Origin: Klebsormidium nitens
Lineage: Eukaryota > Plantae > Klebsormidiophyceae
Length of the DNA: 64,000 bases
Assembly (NCBI GenBank): GCA_000708835.1
Contig: DF237074.1
Location: forward strand, 62,001-126,000
Direction of reading: 5' to 3'
Position numbers and translations under genes: made by a program. Positions 46,640 through 59,600 of the stretch are shown piece after piece. The notes under the pieces were generated by a model. The model saw nothing but the letters and a program-made list of their open reading frames with translations, did not search any database and was not told the DNA's origin. Numbering within the stretch: the stretch's first letter is position 1; each line of letters opens with the position of its first letter.

Positions 46640-49600
46640 CTACATCCGGAAATCTAGAACGCAGAGCGTGTTATTGGCAAAGCATGCGCCTACCTTGTCG
46701 CCGTCCTTATTCCAGCAGACTTCGAAGATCCCGCCGCTTCCCCTGTACGTCCTTATGCAGCTCCCGTCTTTTAACGACCATATGTGTAGACACCTATCGA
46801 AGGATCCGCTGGCGAGGTACTCCCCATTCGGGCTGAATGCCACTGAGTACACCGGTTCCCTGCGCGATGAAAAAACGGAAGGGGTTAGGCTCCGGTGACC
46901 CTACTTGAGTCCTACGTCACCAACTTCACGGCAGAGGTCAATTGTATCAGAGTACAGGCGCTGACTAGTAAGGTGCACTAGCTCAAGAAGGTCCGGAAGT
47001 AAACGAGCAATCCCGGTTTGCACTACAAGGGGGAAGGGTGTTCCGTGTCCGAACGTAGGTTGCGTGAGAGACTCACGTATGGAGGGTCAGGTTATGGATG
47101 ATCTGTCCCTTCTCGACTTCCCAGACTTTGATGGTCGAGTCGAAGGAGGCGCTGCATAGAGGAGCATGTAAAAAGAGTCAGAACAGATCCTGACACTCAA
47201 AACGACATGCTCGTTCTTAATCCCTCCTCGCAGTCGTCTCCTTGGCCGCCTTCTTTGCGACCGGAAAGTAGCCAAAGCGTTGGCAATCACTGGTAAAGGG
47301 ATGCTCTCGTGTATAGAGACCGGGTGACGCATCTTGCAGTAAGTCTTTACGACGAAACGAACTAACCCGCCGTCCCAATCTCTACCTAACCGGAAACGCT
47401 CAGCTCTTGGCAACGCCTCAGTCACGGATTTCACGTTCATACCACGATGCTCATCCAGAACTTCCACATGCCCCTTTCGGAATGAACTGATCGACGAATC
47501 ATCGCGAGCCCGAAAAAGGACCGCGACCTTAAACCCCCTAACCTGACTAGCTGCAGGGGAAGGTTGGGGTTAATGCTGCCGGGCCCGGTGGGGCTCCATT
47601 TGATGGTGTAGATCTCTTTGGTATGTTTCCGCAGGTCGAGCAAGCACTTGTCGCTCTTGAGGCTCCAGATCTGCGAAGCGGCGACGAGGCTGGGATAAGG
47701 CGGCTGGAGGGAGACACTCTGGGGGCAGCTCATTGTCGACACCCAACCAACGAATATGAAAGATTTGAGAGGTTCAAGCATGCGACAGATGTGAACGCTC
47801 TGTAAATGTACAGCGCACAGCCTTCCTCATAATCAACAATATGAGGAAAAGGCAGAACACTTGTGCACTAACGAGACGTCTGGAACCTCCGTCTGTGCTG
47901 AGAATCATGTTGGGATCCTGCCCCTTAGTCGCAAGGGAGACTTTGACAAATTGGATGATGACTTGCAATGCGCAGATCGACCCGACGTCTCGACCTGAGT
48001 ACCTTCCAAGGTCGGAAACTGCCCGCGTGTCAAGGCAAAGGATCACAGGTCCCTTGGATGCGCCCACCTTGGCAACCTGAAAAAGTAAGGGTATCCTGGA
48101 ATTGCAACCCCACGAAGGAGTCGAGAACCCAGCAGATCGTAAGTCAAACACTAGTATGTGGGCCCCACCTTGGCGGTGAAGTCGTCGGAGCAGGACGCCA
48201 GGAGGTTCCCCGCTGGGTCCCACTTGATGGCGTTCACCTCGTCCTGGTGGCCGTAAAACACCTTGACCGGCGCGCTCTCGCCCAGCTTGCACACGAAGAT
48301 GTTCTTGTCCGTGGAGCACGTCGCAAACGACTGGTTGTTGCGCCAGTCCACGTCCAGCGTGGGGGCTGTTCGAGGCGAAAAAACAGCCGAGTGAGTATGA
48401 CGACAACCAAAGGTATGATGTTTAGATGGTCAATGACAGAATCCGAGGCCGTTTTTTAATAGGGTGCACTGCTGAGGCGAACGCTTTCCTCAACTCTTAC
48501 TTCGGTTTGCGAGGGAGAGAGCATAACCAGACGAACGCCTTAAGTCTACGAGGTTAAGGCGAGACTGTGCTTAACAACTTATCCAGCAGAGACTGAACTT
48601 TCATTGCGCAGTCGGAGGTTGGTCCCGCCTCAATCAGACAGAAGGAGAAGCACAGAAAATGTAACATTGCCGCCACAAGAGATACAAAGGGCGCCGCCCC
48701 CACCTGTGTGGTACGCGAACTGCTGCTTGACCTCGCCCGTCTTGACGTCCCAGATGATGGCAGTCTTGTCCACGCTCCCGCTCAGCAGGTAGTCGCCCTT
48801 CTTGTTCCACTTGAGCGAGAAGATCGGGCCGCGGTGCTGGCTAAGCGTCTGCTTCAACTCGCCTGTACCGCAATGCAGGACTCCGTCAATGCTTTGAGGA
48901 GCGGGCGCAGAAGTGGCCGATATGTCAAGGAGCTAAATCTCATGGCACAGCCGGAGTGTCTGCTTAGGATGCAATTGGGAAGACCATGAAAGCTATACGA
49001 CCGGAGTGGACCTTCAGCTCTGACTCACAGGAACGAAAAAATCTCGACGTTCTGACGAAGGTAGCATCAAAACGTGCGGCTAGCCCAAACGGAACGGCAA
49101 TGAACAGAGGACCTACCGTCTTTACTCCAGACTCGCGCCTGCCCGTCGTAGGATCCGGTCGCTAGTAATGATCCGTCTCCCTGCAACCATGGCGAATTAA
49201 TTTTATCAGGCAGTTGCGATTCAAGCAAGCCCCAGAGCGTGAGCGAAGGTAATTGCATGTTCGCCCGCCCAGACTATAGACGCTCAGAGTAGAGGCTTTA
49301 CTAGTGCAAACTGCTGATGCTCCTGTCGCGCCCATTTTGCTCGGTCGAACGACCGAAATAGGATTGCCAATCAACTTCCAATTCCTCTTAGAAAGTCCGT
49401 CGTAATCAAACCTCAACTCTCTTTCCAGTAGATGACCAGACTTCAAGGCCGTAAAGTCCGTCACGGAAGAAGCAGTGCGCTTACGTTCCAGTCGAGCGTG
49501 GTGACGTCCTTGCTCTTCTCGTTGGTCTTGCCCTTGAAGTGCTTCAGAACGAGCGGCTTCGGCGCGGCCGCCTGGGCCGCCACGTCGCCGCATGGCCCCT

Positions 49601-52600
49601 CGGGAATGTGCCAGATGCGCGCAGTCGAGTCGCCAGAGCTGCGCAGGCGAAGTAAACGGACCAAGATAAGATGGAATTGTGCTTCAGCGTGAGCCACAAC
49701 CGGCTTGATACCTTTCCGGATTGGTCACCTTATGGATCGACGTATTCAACCAGTTGGCCATGCGAAAGCGCTGCAGGAGGTTTGCAGAACGACTGCTCAA
49801 AGAAACCAAAAGACCAGCTCGAAAAACTCACCCGGAAGCGAGTAGCGTGGAGCTGGTGGGGCTCCAGGCGCAAATGAAGACCTCCGACGTGTGGCCCTCG
49901 AGGATCGTCACCTCGGACGGCTTGATCACTGTCCCGTACTGGTCAGGCTTCAGGTCCTCCTCCATTGGCTGCGGAGTTGTTGCGGCTGCAGCAGAGCGAG
50001 TCAATCTTTAGCTCTGGCCTTGCTGACACGAAAGAGGGAAGGACAGCTATCAAAACGGACCCGTATCGTTCGTATCGTTCTCTCAAGATATGGACGACTG
50101 GTCCGATCAAATCTGATCGTATAACAAATGCCAAACCTCGGTCCTTGGCGGATGTGTCTTGAAGAGACCAAGCAACTGTCGGAAGTGTGGCCTTCACATA
50201 TGGATCTAACCGGGGGGCAGGAGACCACGCCTTGACAAGAGTTGCCCATCAAGCTCGCGAGGATGTCTTCTGCTTGCACAAAGATCTCTAAGCAGAGATA
50301 AGCTTGCACCACTTTCGCTGATGAGCGCTCAGCACGAAGGCGGCCAGCACACGACAAAACAACTGCCAAGGAGGACAGATTTCAAAAGGCCTTGTCGTAC
50401 TGACAATCCCTTTCAAACTCCGGCCATCTCCAGCCTTTCTGTCAACTCAATTCACCTCCTTCAGCTGCCCTCAAAACTCCAAGACTCCCACCGCCCATGC
50501 TCCACATCAAGTGAAAGGTGACCCGAAGTGGCTCACGGCGCACGTTTGATGTAGAGTGATGTACGTTCTTTTGTTCAATAATAAACCGGCTTAAATAATT
50601 CACTCAACCTTTTGAATTCGGAAATACTTGGTCTCGCTCGTGCCAGGTCAAAAAGGAGACTTCCACCAAACCCAACGAACCACTCACCTTTCCCGTCGAC
50701 CCTCCGAGTGTCGTCCACCTTGAGCCGCTTCTCCTCGCGCTCTTTCTCCCGCGCTTCCCGCTCCTTCTCCCGCTCTCTCTCCCGCTCTAGTTTCTCACGT
50801 TCCCGCTCCTCCTCCCGCTTCGTCTTCTCGCGCTCCTTCTCCGCCGCGCGCTCGCGCTCCCGCTCTTTTGCCGCCTCCTTCTCCTTTTCCTTTTGTGCCT
50901 CCTTGTCGCGCTCTCGTTCGAGCCGGTCCCGTTTGCCGCGGATGATCTCGCGCAGCTCGGCCACGTCCTTGGTGATCAGGTCGATCGGTTGGAGCAGCGC
51001 AAAGTCGCCCTCCACGTCCGTGTTGTTCTGGAGAAGAAAGTGAAAAGCTGTACGTTTTTCTGGTTCGCAAGGGACTATTCTAACTGCAGAAATTCGATAG
51101 AAGTCGTCAAAAACTTGCTCCCTTGTTCTGGCACTGTTCTCACAATGGGGGCGGATACATGGACAAGTGGCCATCCTCGTCAGTAATGTTCCAGACGATT
51201 GAATGACGATGATTTTGGCTGCTGTCTCAAGGGTTTCAGTAAGTCTTTTGTTGTCTTGGCTGCACAAGCGAGAAGCCCAAAGTCCAGCTCACTCTCAACG
51301 GATGGGTGGGCAAGTAGAATGTATCGAACCGATCAGTTGGGGTTTCAGTGGGCACTGCTTTCTGATCAATCAAACATGGATTGCAGTCCTCCGCTTTCGT
51401 CCCATTCTGTACTACTTGCCAGTATTATCGCAGGAGGCATCTCTTGATCCGAGACCGCACTTTGTTCAGTAGGGAACACAAGATCTGTGTGCCAGCAGAA
51501 CAAAACCGCCATCGAAGCCCCCCTGCTTACAAGGGCCAGAGGCAGAACGGTTCCAAACTTGGCGGAAAAAGAGCGCAAGCTCTTAAGCTGCCAAGAAGCC
51601 TTCGACTGCCAACAACACCAGGCGGTTCATTGACAGCGAAGCTGGATTGCAACCCGCTTCCGACCAACACAGCTGGTGGTGAGATCTTCTGGTCTGGCAA
51701 AACAAAGAACCAAGTGCCAAGTTGTGGCCTCACTCCATGGTCCAGCAACCGCACCATGCGTATGTACAATCTTGTCACATCAATTCAACAATTATTGATA
51801 TGACGAGGCCCACATGCTTAGCATAGGCTCTCAAGATCTCAGGCTTGCCCAGACACCCATTTTGCAATGTACTGAAGTTGCAGCTCTCATGCCACCAGCA
51901 AGCTCTGAGATGTGGCGCAATTACTCGCCGCTGATATTCTCCTCAGCTTGAGTAAGTATTGCACGCAGTTGATTGACTTCTAAAGTGCTGCAAACATTTC
52001 CGCTTCAGATTGACCCCACCTGGGCTGAAGCCATTTGCATTGTAACCAACAACGCAAACTTTTCCACCGTACTTGGTGACACCAAGCTGATGTTTCTAAT
52101 AACAAGCTTCCACTGATCAGCATACCTCGCTGAGGTTTGCCTCCATTTCCAGGTACTGGAGGCCTTTCTGAATGAAGGAGATGAGCGCGCCGGGGGGCAC
52201 ATTGTTCCCGTTGATGTTGGACTTGTGCAAGAACGCCTCGTAGCCCAGCACGTATGCAGAGTGCGTGAAGCCTGTTGCAAACAGGGCACCGGCTAAGAAG
52301 TTGTGCCAGGACCAAGAAAGTCAAGGTACGTCAAAGCGTTCCAATCTGTTATGCTTTTAGCGGTGTATTTGAATCAGAGGTGAACAGGGAAAGGTGACAA
52401 GAGCTTAGTCTGTGAGTTTATTCAAAACTTTCTCAATTTGCAATCATCAAAAACAAGGCACACGCAGAAGAGGGCGACCAGAGCGGAAAAGAACACCTTC
52501 CTCCCACACTATTTGAAAATAGAATGCAACCAGATCAGTTAAACTAGAAGGGGAGCCAGAAGATTCGCCTAGACTGGTGGTAAAGAGAAGCAGCTTGATG

Positions 52601-52807
52601 AAACTGTGTGGAAAAATCTCTCCGTATGGTATGGACCCCGGCATGCACCGGAAGAGGGCAGGGTAACCAAGAACCATCAACAAATTTGCTGGACGGCCTT
52701 AATTGTAATGAAAATAGGAACTCCTGAAAAGAGTATAGCGCCTCACCAGACTCCTGCAGGTATCTAAAGACCAGGAAATTGAGCTCGTCGGATGTGATTG
52801 ACGCCAT
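46640..52807 (-). CDS. HOS15: LisH plus WD40-repeat corepressor subunit, HOS15/TBL1X(R1) family, 11 exons, about 565 aa
   Basis: Exons 52807-52747, 52271-52126, 51027-50688, 49985-49832, 49638-49485, 49180-49117, 48862-48704, 48365-48169, 47670-47543, 47151-47077, 46859-46640. Motifs: [22 protein letters not shown] (LisH), [64 protein letters not shown]...VLDFRM. Confidence 0.95.
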
Positions 52808-53081
52808 TGGTGGCAGCAGCAAGTACGGCACGGATTCTTTCCAATGGGTCTGACTGCAAAAAGAGTCCTGCGCAAGGAATGGAAAACCAATCCCCAATTG
52901 ACTACAAAGATTATGTACTCTCCTCAATTCACGTCAGTCTAGGACAGCAAACAGAAAGCCTGCTGTCAAAGCAGTGCGACTACCACGGCCAGAACGCCTT
53001 CTCTATTTCGCCGAGCTTCTCGCTGTTAGGAAGGATGAAAAGAAAATGATGGGCGCCAGGCTGCGGCTCCCATTGACAAGT

Positions 53082-53090
53082 AAACCCTAA
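53082..53090 (+). promoter_or_regulatory. Telo-box-like motif (AAACCCTAA) in the divergent HOS15/RPL12 promoter
   Basis: Exact AAACCCTAA about 300 bp upstream of the RPL12 ATG. Telo-boxes are an established feature of plant ribosomal-protein promoters; function here is inferred. Confidence 0.45.
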
Positions 53091-53392
53091 CCAGCTTGTT
53101 GCGGGCCAGGCGCTTTCCTTGATTGCAAGATGCTCAGGACTAGGCGAGGCGCTAGCACTTCGAAGAGTTCGCGGGAAGCAGCTAGCAAAACCTAGCGTTT
53201 CCCTTCTCTTTCGCTCATGCGCGACTGCATCCAACACTTGCAAAGCGGAGCTTCCGTTGTAACGCTCACCAGCTGAAACCCTCTCTTCCCTGCTGCCGTA
53301 GTCCTCCCTGGCCCTTTTCGCCTCGAGCTTGCTGGATTCGCCCAGCCGCGCAGGGGCGCCATCTTCCTGGGACAGCACAGGCAGCCGCCAAG

Positions 53393-53893
53393 ATGCCTCC
53401 CAAGTTCGACCCCTCGCAGGTTGTGGAGGTTTACGTCAGGGCCACCGGGGGGGAGGTCGGTGCGGCGTCGTCGCTTGCGCCCAAGATCGGGCCCCTCGGT
53501 CTGTCCCCTAAGAAGATTGGAGAGGACATTGCCAAGGAGACGGCCAAGGACTGGAAAGGTTTGAGGGTGACGGTCAAGCTGACCGTGCAGAACCGTATCG
53601 CCAAGGTCTCAGTGGTGCCTAGTGCCGCGGCGTTGGTGATCAAGGCCCTCAAGGAGCCGGAGCGGGACAGGAAGAAGGTGAAGAACATCAAGCACGAGGG
53701 GAACATCTCGTTTGACGATGTCATCGAGATTGCACGGGTCATGAAGTCGCGGAGCATGGCCAAGGAGCTGTCCGGCACGGTGAAGGAGATCCTGGGCACG
53801 TGCGTGTCCGTCGGGTGCACGGTAGACGGGTCAGACCCCAAGGACTTGCAGTCACAAATAGATGACGGGGAGCTCGAGGTGCCCGAGGAGTAG
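53393..53893 (+). CDS. RPL12: 60S ribosomal protein L12 (uL11), single coding exon, 166 aa
   Basis: [50 protein letters not shown]...[16 protein letters not shown]; full-length and intact. Confidence 0.99.
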   Translation: MPPKFDPSQVVEVYVRATGGEVGAASSLAPKIGPLGLSPKKIGEDIAKETAKDWKGLRVTVKLTVQNRIAKVSVVPSAAALVIKALKEPERDRKKVKNIKHEGNISFDDVIEIARVMKSRSMAKELSGTVKEILGTCVSVGCTVDGSDPKDLQSQIDDGELEVPEE

Positions 53894-54809
53894 CTCTGAG
53901 ACGCTCTGACATTGTTCATACTTTCCTGTTGACTGTCTCCATAACCGTTACCAGCTGCGTTTTCATGCAAGCGAGGCACACGAGGACACGGTCGACCCTG
54001 TAATGTAAGCCCATTCTGGCACCCCAATGAGTGCTTTCCGCATACATTGCAAGTTGATGAATGGGTGCCTGCCAGCTCTGCCCTGGTAATGGTTTTCACT
54101 GCTGAATACTGTCATTCTACAGCCAACCCTCCTTTATTTGACTTCAGATTGCCAGGAGAAGTTTGCTCCTGGTCTTTCAAAAGGTTCCTACTGTCACTCT
54201 GTAAAGACTGCAATTTTGAAGCCTACTGTCTTGGTCAGACCAGTCGCTGATTTGGGGTTTTCTGAGTGTTTTGTCTTCTTGTGTGAATCTGCCCTCGTAT
54301 AGGTATTTTGACGACGCTGTTTGTAATTCGCGGAGTATCTTGTTCCTTATGGGAATCACGCGGCTCTGGCTGCTTGAATTCTGTTCTAGTCGGCCGTTAG
54401 GCTCTTTAGACGCTTCTATCTTTGCGTAGTTGGGGTTGCCTTAGGTCACCAGCCGCTTGATGGTAATGTTGATTGTTTGACCAGGCGTTGTGAGCGATTT
54501 GAGCTGGGTTCTGGTAGCGGGCTACTTCTTGTAGCTGTGACCAGCTTTTGAGCTCAAACTTGCAAATTGTTCCCAACATGAAGGAGCCTTGGGTGCTCAG
54601 CTGTGCTCAACGTCGGCGTCACATTCTGGAGTGCACAAGAACAGGGTGGTGATTCATTGTAGAGTAACTTTTGGTTGGATGAGTTCCTGGATTCTGTGGC
54701 ATCATCCAGTGTGAAAGTAGTGCACCCGTCTGGGCAATGCATCTAAAGTGTAGCACTGTGAATCGAAGAGGATGGTAGGGGCACTCTGGTACTCTGCATT
54801 TTCAACGTC

Positions 54810-54965
54810 CGTTTATGCCCTTGAACACGCGATGCACGGCGCGTGCTCATGTCAATTCTGAGAGCAATTGGAGACGGAGAAACCAGCGATCGTTACGCCC
54901 TTAAACATGGGATACGCGCGCGTTTATGTTGATTCTATAGCAATTGGTAGACAGAAAAGCCCAGC
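54810..54965. repeat. Diverged intergenic tandem duplication, period about 81 bp
   Basis: cgtttatgcccttgaaca...attctgagagcaattggagacggagaaaccagc (54810) versus cgttacgcccttaaaca...attctatagcaattggtagacagaaaagcccagc (54891). Confidence 0.8.
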
Positions 54966-56646
54966 TCTTTGACACTGGTTTGGTGGTGCTTGTTACTCTT
55001 GTTTGAGCACCTGTGAAGGCAGGAGGACCCCTTTTAAGGAGGCTCAAAAGTAGTGGTGGCATCCAGAGGGGTTTCTCAGCTGCTCAGTTGGTTGCAATCT
55101 GGAGACCAGAAACTTTTCTTTTATTTTGTACCAACGGCCGGAATATTGTTGGGTAGTAGCTACTTCGCTGCGAGCGTGAAGAGAGGACATTTGCCTGTTG
55201 ATTGATGAACGACAGCTTGTCTGCCTGGAAAGAGGAATGTCACTTTTTATAGGACTCATAGGTCTCTGGACGCATCTCTAAAGATGACCGTGTACCACCA
55301 CCTGATCGATGCACCTGGTACCCGGCTGTGGCTACTTACTAGCTTTGGACTTACACCCACATTAGCCTATGTTGACGCGTCGTCTGGAAGGGTCAGTCAG
55401 TCTTTGCAAGGTGGTAAGTTTCTCGATTCATTGCTTTGATCACAAGTTGCTGTTTGTGCGGCTCGGGTGTTCCACTTATCGTTCTGTTTGTTTGTTGGTG
55501 TTGTTTGTTTGTTGGTGGTAAGCTCGTCTCACAAGTTTGTGGAGGCGGTGTTCACAAAGCTGCATGGCTTGTGTGTCTGAGCTGCCTTTCCAGGCCGCTT
55601 ACATGGCAGGCGAATCTAAGCTGCAGGACACTGGCCACAGAGTTCGGTTTTGTTACTCTGGGGTTGCTCGTATCAGAACCGATGTCCGCGTCAGCCTGTT
55701 TGTGCATGGCTTATTTTATACTAAAATAAACGTTCCATTGCATGCTATTGCAATCATGTGCATGCTTGACTTTGACTGTTTGTTACCGTCGATCACGGCA
55801 TGCTGTCGGACATGTACATTGGAGCGTTCCCTGAAGCAACTAGCTAATCATTCATTGCAATTATGGTTCTCAACCTTTATGGCAGCAGATCTTGGAACTT
55901 TTGTCAACCTGTGCATGACCAAGCGCAATCAGTTGTGAGTCAATCCCGTGACTGAGCTCAAATTACAGCTGCGCGCAGCTGCAGGTTCGAAACTTGAGGC
56001 TTGCAGTACCCTACCGGGATATCTGGGCAGATTGTTCAGCTCGAAATGATTCAGTAATATAGAATCGTAGCTGAGTCCATGTTCAATGATCCTAGAGCTA
56101 CGCGGAGCCATGTGCCGGACTCGAGATCGAGCTTGATTAGTTTAGCTTTAATTGTGCACATGCCAGCCATCATGCATGCTGCAGCGCATTCAGTGTATAT
56201 ATATGCTATAGGGCATGCCTCATGGGCCACCGTCGCATAATCAGCACACTGAAACATCATGAATTCGAGAAGATCTCTCGCGCTCACGCTTATTTAATCA
56301 TGAAATCAGCTAAGAATAAGTTTCACGATTCATGTGGATATACCGTCGTGCGCAGTAGACAAGGTCCGTAAGCGATTCTGTAAGTTGAATGCTGTGACAG
56401 CCCAAGGCAGCCATGGTGTCAGCACTTGCGGAGTGGTCAACGAAGTTCAGTTAAAACTGGAGCAACCCAAGCTCGGAAGAAAGAATGATCGAATTGGCTG
56501 CAACACTTTAATCACGCCAGTGGCATCAAGTTGCAATCGCCACCACTACGATTGCTTGATAATGGCTACAATAATGCATGACATTATGTCGGAAGGCACG
56601 AGGGCTGTAGAGGGGTGATACAAGGAACCTGATTTTTATCGTGTCA

Positions 56647-59600
56647 CTAACTTTTGGGTCTTTGAGCTGCCCCAGCAGCGAACAGGAGGTTCCGAGGGGA
56701 GAACTGGAGGGAGTAAACGGGGGTATGCTTTGTTGGTAGCGTTTTCAGTAGCCGTAACCGCCGAGCAGTGCCTGGTTTGTCATCACCCTTCGGCGCCCGT
56801 GTGCTCGCGCCAACATCCCAGATGCGGACACAGTTATCCTCTGAACCAGAGGCTAGCAGAGAGCCTTCCGAGCTGCATTGCAGGATCACCGATCAGTACA
56901 GCCGTTTGCGAAAATGTCGTTGCGCAATCCAGGGTATACTTTTGAACAGCTTGGCAAGGGCCTCTCGAAGTGACCTCTAAGAAGCTCTGAATTAAGAGGC
57001 AACCATTGTCCTTCCTCGTGTCTGATAAAGCCAAAACCTCGGTGGCCACGGCAGGAAGCCAAGACTTGACCTACAGTATGGCGCTGATTCCGGGAACAGT
57101 TACGGCCTTTCCTCAGACCTCGAGTAAGTTGTACTCGTTCTACTCTCAACCTTTTCTCGAAGACAGCGCTGCAGCTCCGCAATAAAATCGCCCCAACAAG
57201 TGACCCACTCATGACCAGCACGCCAAAACCATTAATCCTCACACAGCCTACCCACGCCCTCCTTCGTTACCTTACTGCAAGTGATTAGACAACCCGACTC
57301 ACCTTGACCGCCAGCCATCATCACATCCCAAACCTCGCAACATTCTCCCGCCACTCTTCTCACCTGAACGCGAGCGACCACACACACCCGTTCCGCCCCA
57401 GGAGCGGCGTTACCACCTTCCGGCCGGAACCCAGGTCCCAAACCATGATGGTCCCGTCCTCGTCCGCGGACGCCATGTGGCGGCCGTCGGGCGACATAGC
57501 CAGGGACAGAATGGTGCTACGGTGGCCCGTGAAGATGCGCATGCACTCCCCGGAAGACACGTCCCACAGCCGCACCGTCTTGTCGCTGGACCCGGTCGCA
57601 ACGTAGTTGCAGTTGGGGTGCCACCGCACGCACTGCAGCAAGAGGGGGGTGACATTTCTTCCAACTTGTAAGGCTTTGTTTAAGCCGAGTTGCGTACTTT
57701 GGAAGATGATCCCCTGCTTATGGGGTGGCGGTTGGGGTGCCACCGCACGCACTGCAGCAAAAGAAATGTAGCAGTTTTCCAGATCGTAGTGCTTCTTTTC
57801 TCCACGTTTGTCAAATTTGAAGATGCATTCCCGCTTTTAGTGAGCGGGATGGAAGAGTAATTAAAGGGCAATGGTTAATGAACACGTGATATCGACGGTC
57901 GTGACGCCAAGGCACAAAGTGCAGTGAGAAGTTCGGTCATGGCAGCGCTTAGGAGTCAGCTTGGGGACACCAATGTATGAAAGTACCGGCACTCTGGGCT
58001 CACAGGCAAAGTTTCTAACATGAGGGACTTCCATCTGACTATCATTGTGATGATTCTTGGCTCAAACGATAAAATCAGCCTCTTTACTCGCAGCGTCAAC
58101 CCTCAAGCATGCCAATTGTTGCCAAACGAAAGCAGACCGATCCAAGGGCCAAGAAAAAAGACAGATCTCGTCAGATGGAATTTTCTGGCATAACTGCCAT
58201 TCTCAAGGCTTTCGAAGCTTTCCATTTTGATCATCGCATGTTTCCAAGTCCGGTGCCTTCCAGAGCTCAAAGGCACAACTCACGTCCACGTCAGACAGGT
58301 GTCCCGCCATGATTCGCAGCGGGTGCACCCTGTCGGTGGACCAGATGCGCGCGGTCCGGTCGTGGGATGCCGTCGCAAAGTAGTGCCCCAGCGGGCTGAA
58401 CCGCACGTCCCACACGGGGTAGTTGTGACCCTTGTAGCACACCAGGTTGGCGCCCAGTTCCATGCTCCATAACCGCACTGCAGGAAGAGCGGCCGGCGGA
58501 GGGTTAACGATTCTGCCAAACTCTCTTGAGGCAGACGCACGGATTTACTGAGGGTAGTCGGAAAACGTGAGGAGAGGCTCAAGTGGTGTGAGTGAAGGAC
58601 TGTTGAAGTGAAGCTTGCTTGACTCCAACATTTTGATCCTCCCAAATAACAACGTTCAAACAATCCAACAAGGACATGCTTTCATAAGCTGACGTCAAAG
58701 CCAGGAAAACTGTCCTACCCGGGGCAAGACAGTGAAGCTACAAACACCAACAAACATTCCATCGTAGCCACGTTGCCATAATCAGAAACTACCCACAATT
58801 ACAATCTCCATAAGTAAGCGACTTCGCTGCTCACCGGTCGTGTCCGCGGACGAGGACAGCAGGAACCGGTCGTCCGGGCTGAAGTCCGCCCCGTACACCG
58901 GCCCCGAGTGCGCCTGGAACAGCGAGTAGCCCATCGAGCCGGGAGCGGACGCAGCCTGCGACTGGCTGCCCGGCCCCGGGCCCGCGCCCTCGGACGTCCG
59001 CGCCTCGGCGGACTGGGCTTGCGGCTGGCTGACCGTCCGTTTGGACATGTCCCACACCTGAACGGTTGCAAAAATCCAATCAGAAGCGCACGGGAGAATG
59101 GCGGGTCAGAAGGCCAACAGCGAAACGAAGGCCCGGCATATGGACCTGTTCCTTCTGCTAGGATTAAACTAGTGGGGATCCACCGGAGGATAATCCAAGT
59201 GGAGGGCACAATATCCGTTCGTCGATGTTCTGTGGCTCGGCCTTGCCTAAGGTGTGCAAAGGACTTCTCTGAGCCTATGGTCAACTTGGGAAATGGCGTT
59301 TTGCTGCTCACCTTTACGGACGAGTCCGAGAAGCCGGCCGCGACTTTGGAGCCGTCCTGAGAGAGGGCGACCGTGTTGAGGCTGTACAGAAAGGGCCACG
59401 CATTAGAAAAAGAAGCACCATAGTTGACCGAATGATTGATACGCATGCTCATCGGAATCAGAGTAAGTCAAATGCAAATGGAGTACGAAGCCCACTGCCA
59501 ACCCCGTTGGCGACCACAATGACATCGTCACATAAACTGTCGAACCTGAAGGGGTTTTTCGGTGGGATATCAGAGGCAGTGCAAGAACAATGAGCTCCGC

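Noticed and set aside
48063-48174. Possible donor echo in HOS15 intron 8 (cccaccttggc twice); similar weak 9-14 nt echoes in RIC1 intron 12 (about 35084) and renalase intron 5 (about 9663)
   Set aside because: The matches are too short and the flanks too dissimilar to separate from chance by eye, so they are not counted among the nine cases.
50688-51027. Long E/R/K low-complexity tract in HOS15 exon 3
   Set aside because: A charged insertion after the LisH region is typical of plant HOS15 homologs, so it is not novel.
53393-53893. RPL12 as a retrocopy because it lacks introns
   Set aside because: The ORF is intact with strong codon bias, there is no poly(A) tail or target-site duplication, and the promoter has a telo-box-like motif. 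To my knowledge plant RPL12 coding regions are commonly intronless.
53431-54099. Long antisense or alternate-frame ORFs (e.g. 53431..54099, 50612..51043, 35783..36310, 28963..29748)
   Set aside because: They are shadows of GC3-rich coding exons on the opposite strand, with no independent motifs or splice support.
54177-55938. Possible decayed coding or retroelement sequence between RPL12 and TAF5
   Set aside because: Short stop-interrupted frames on both strands, with no RT, integrase or transposase motif recognisable.
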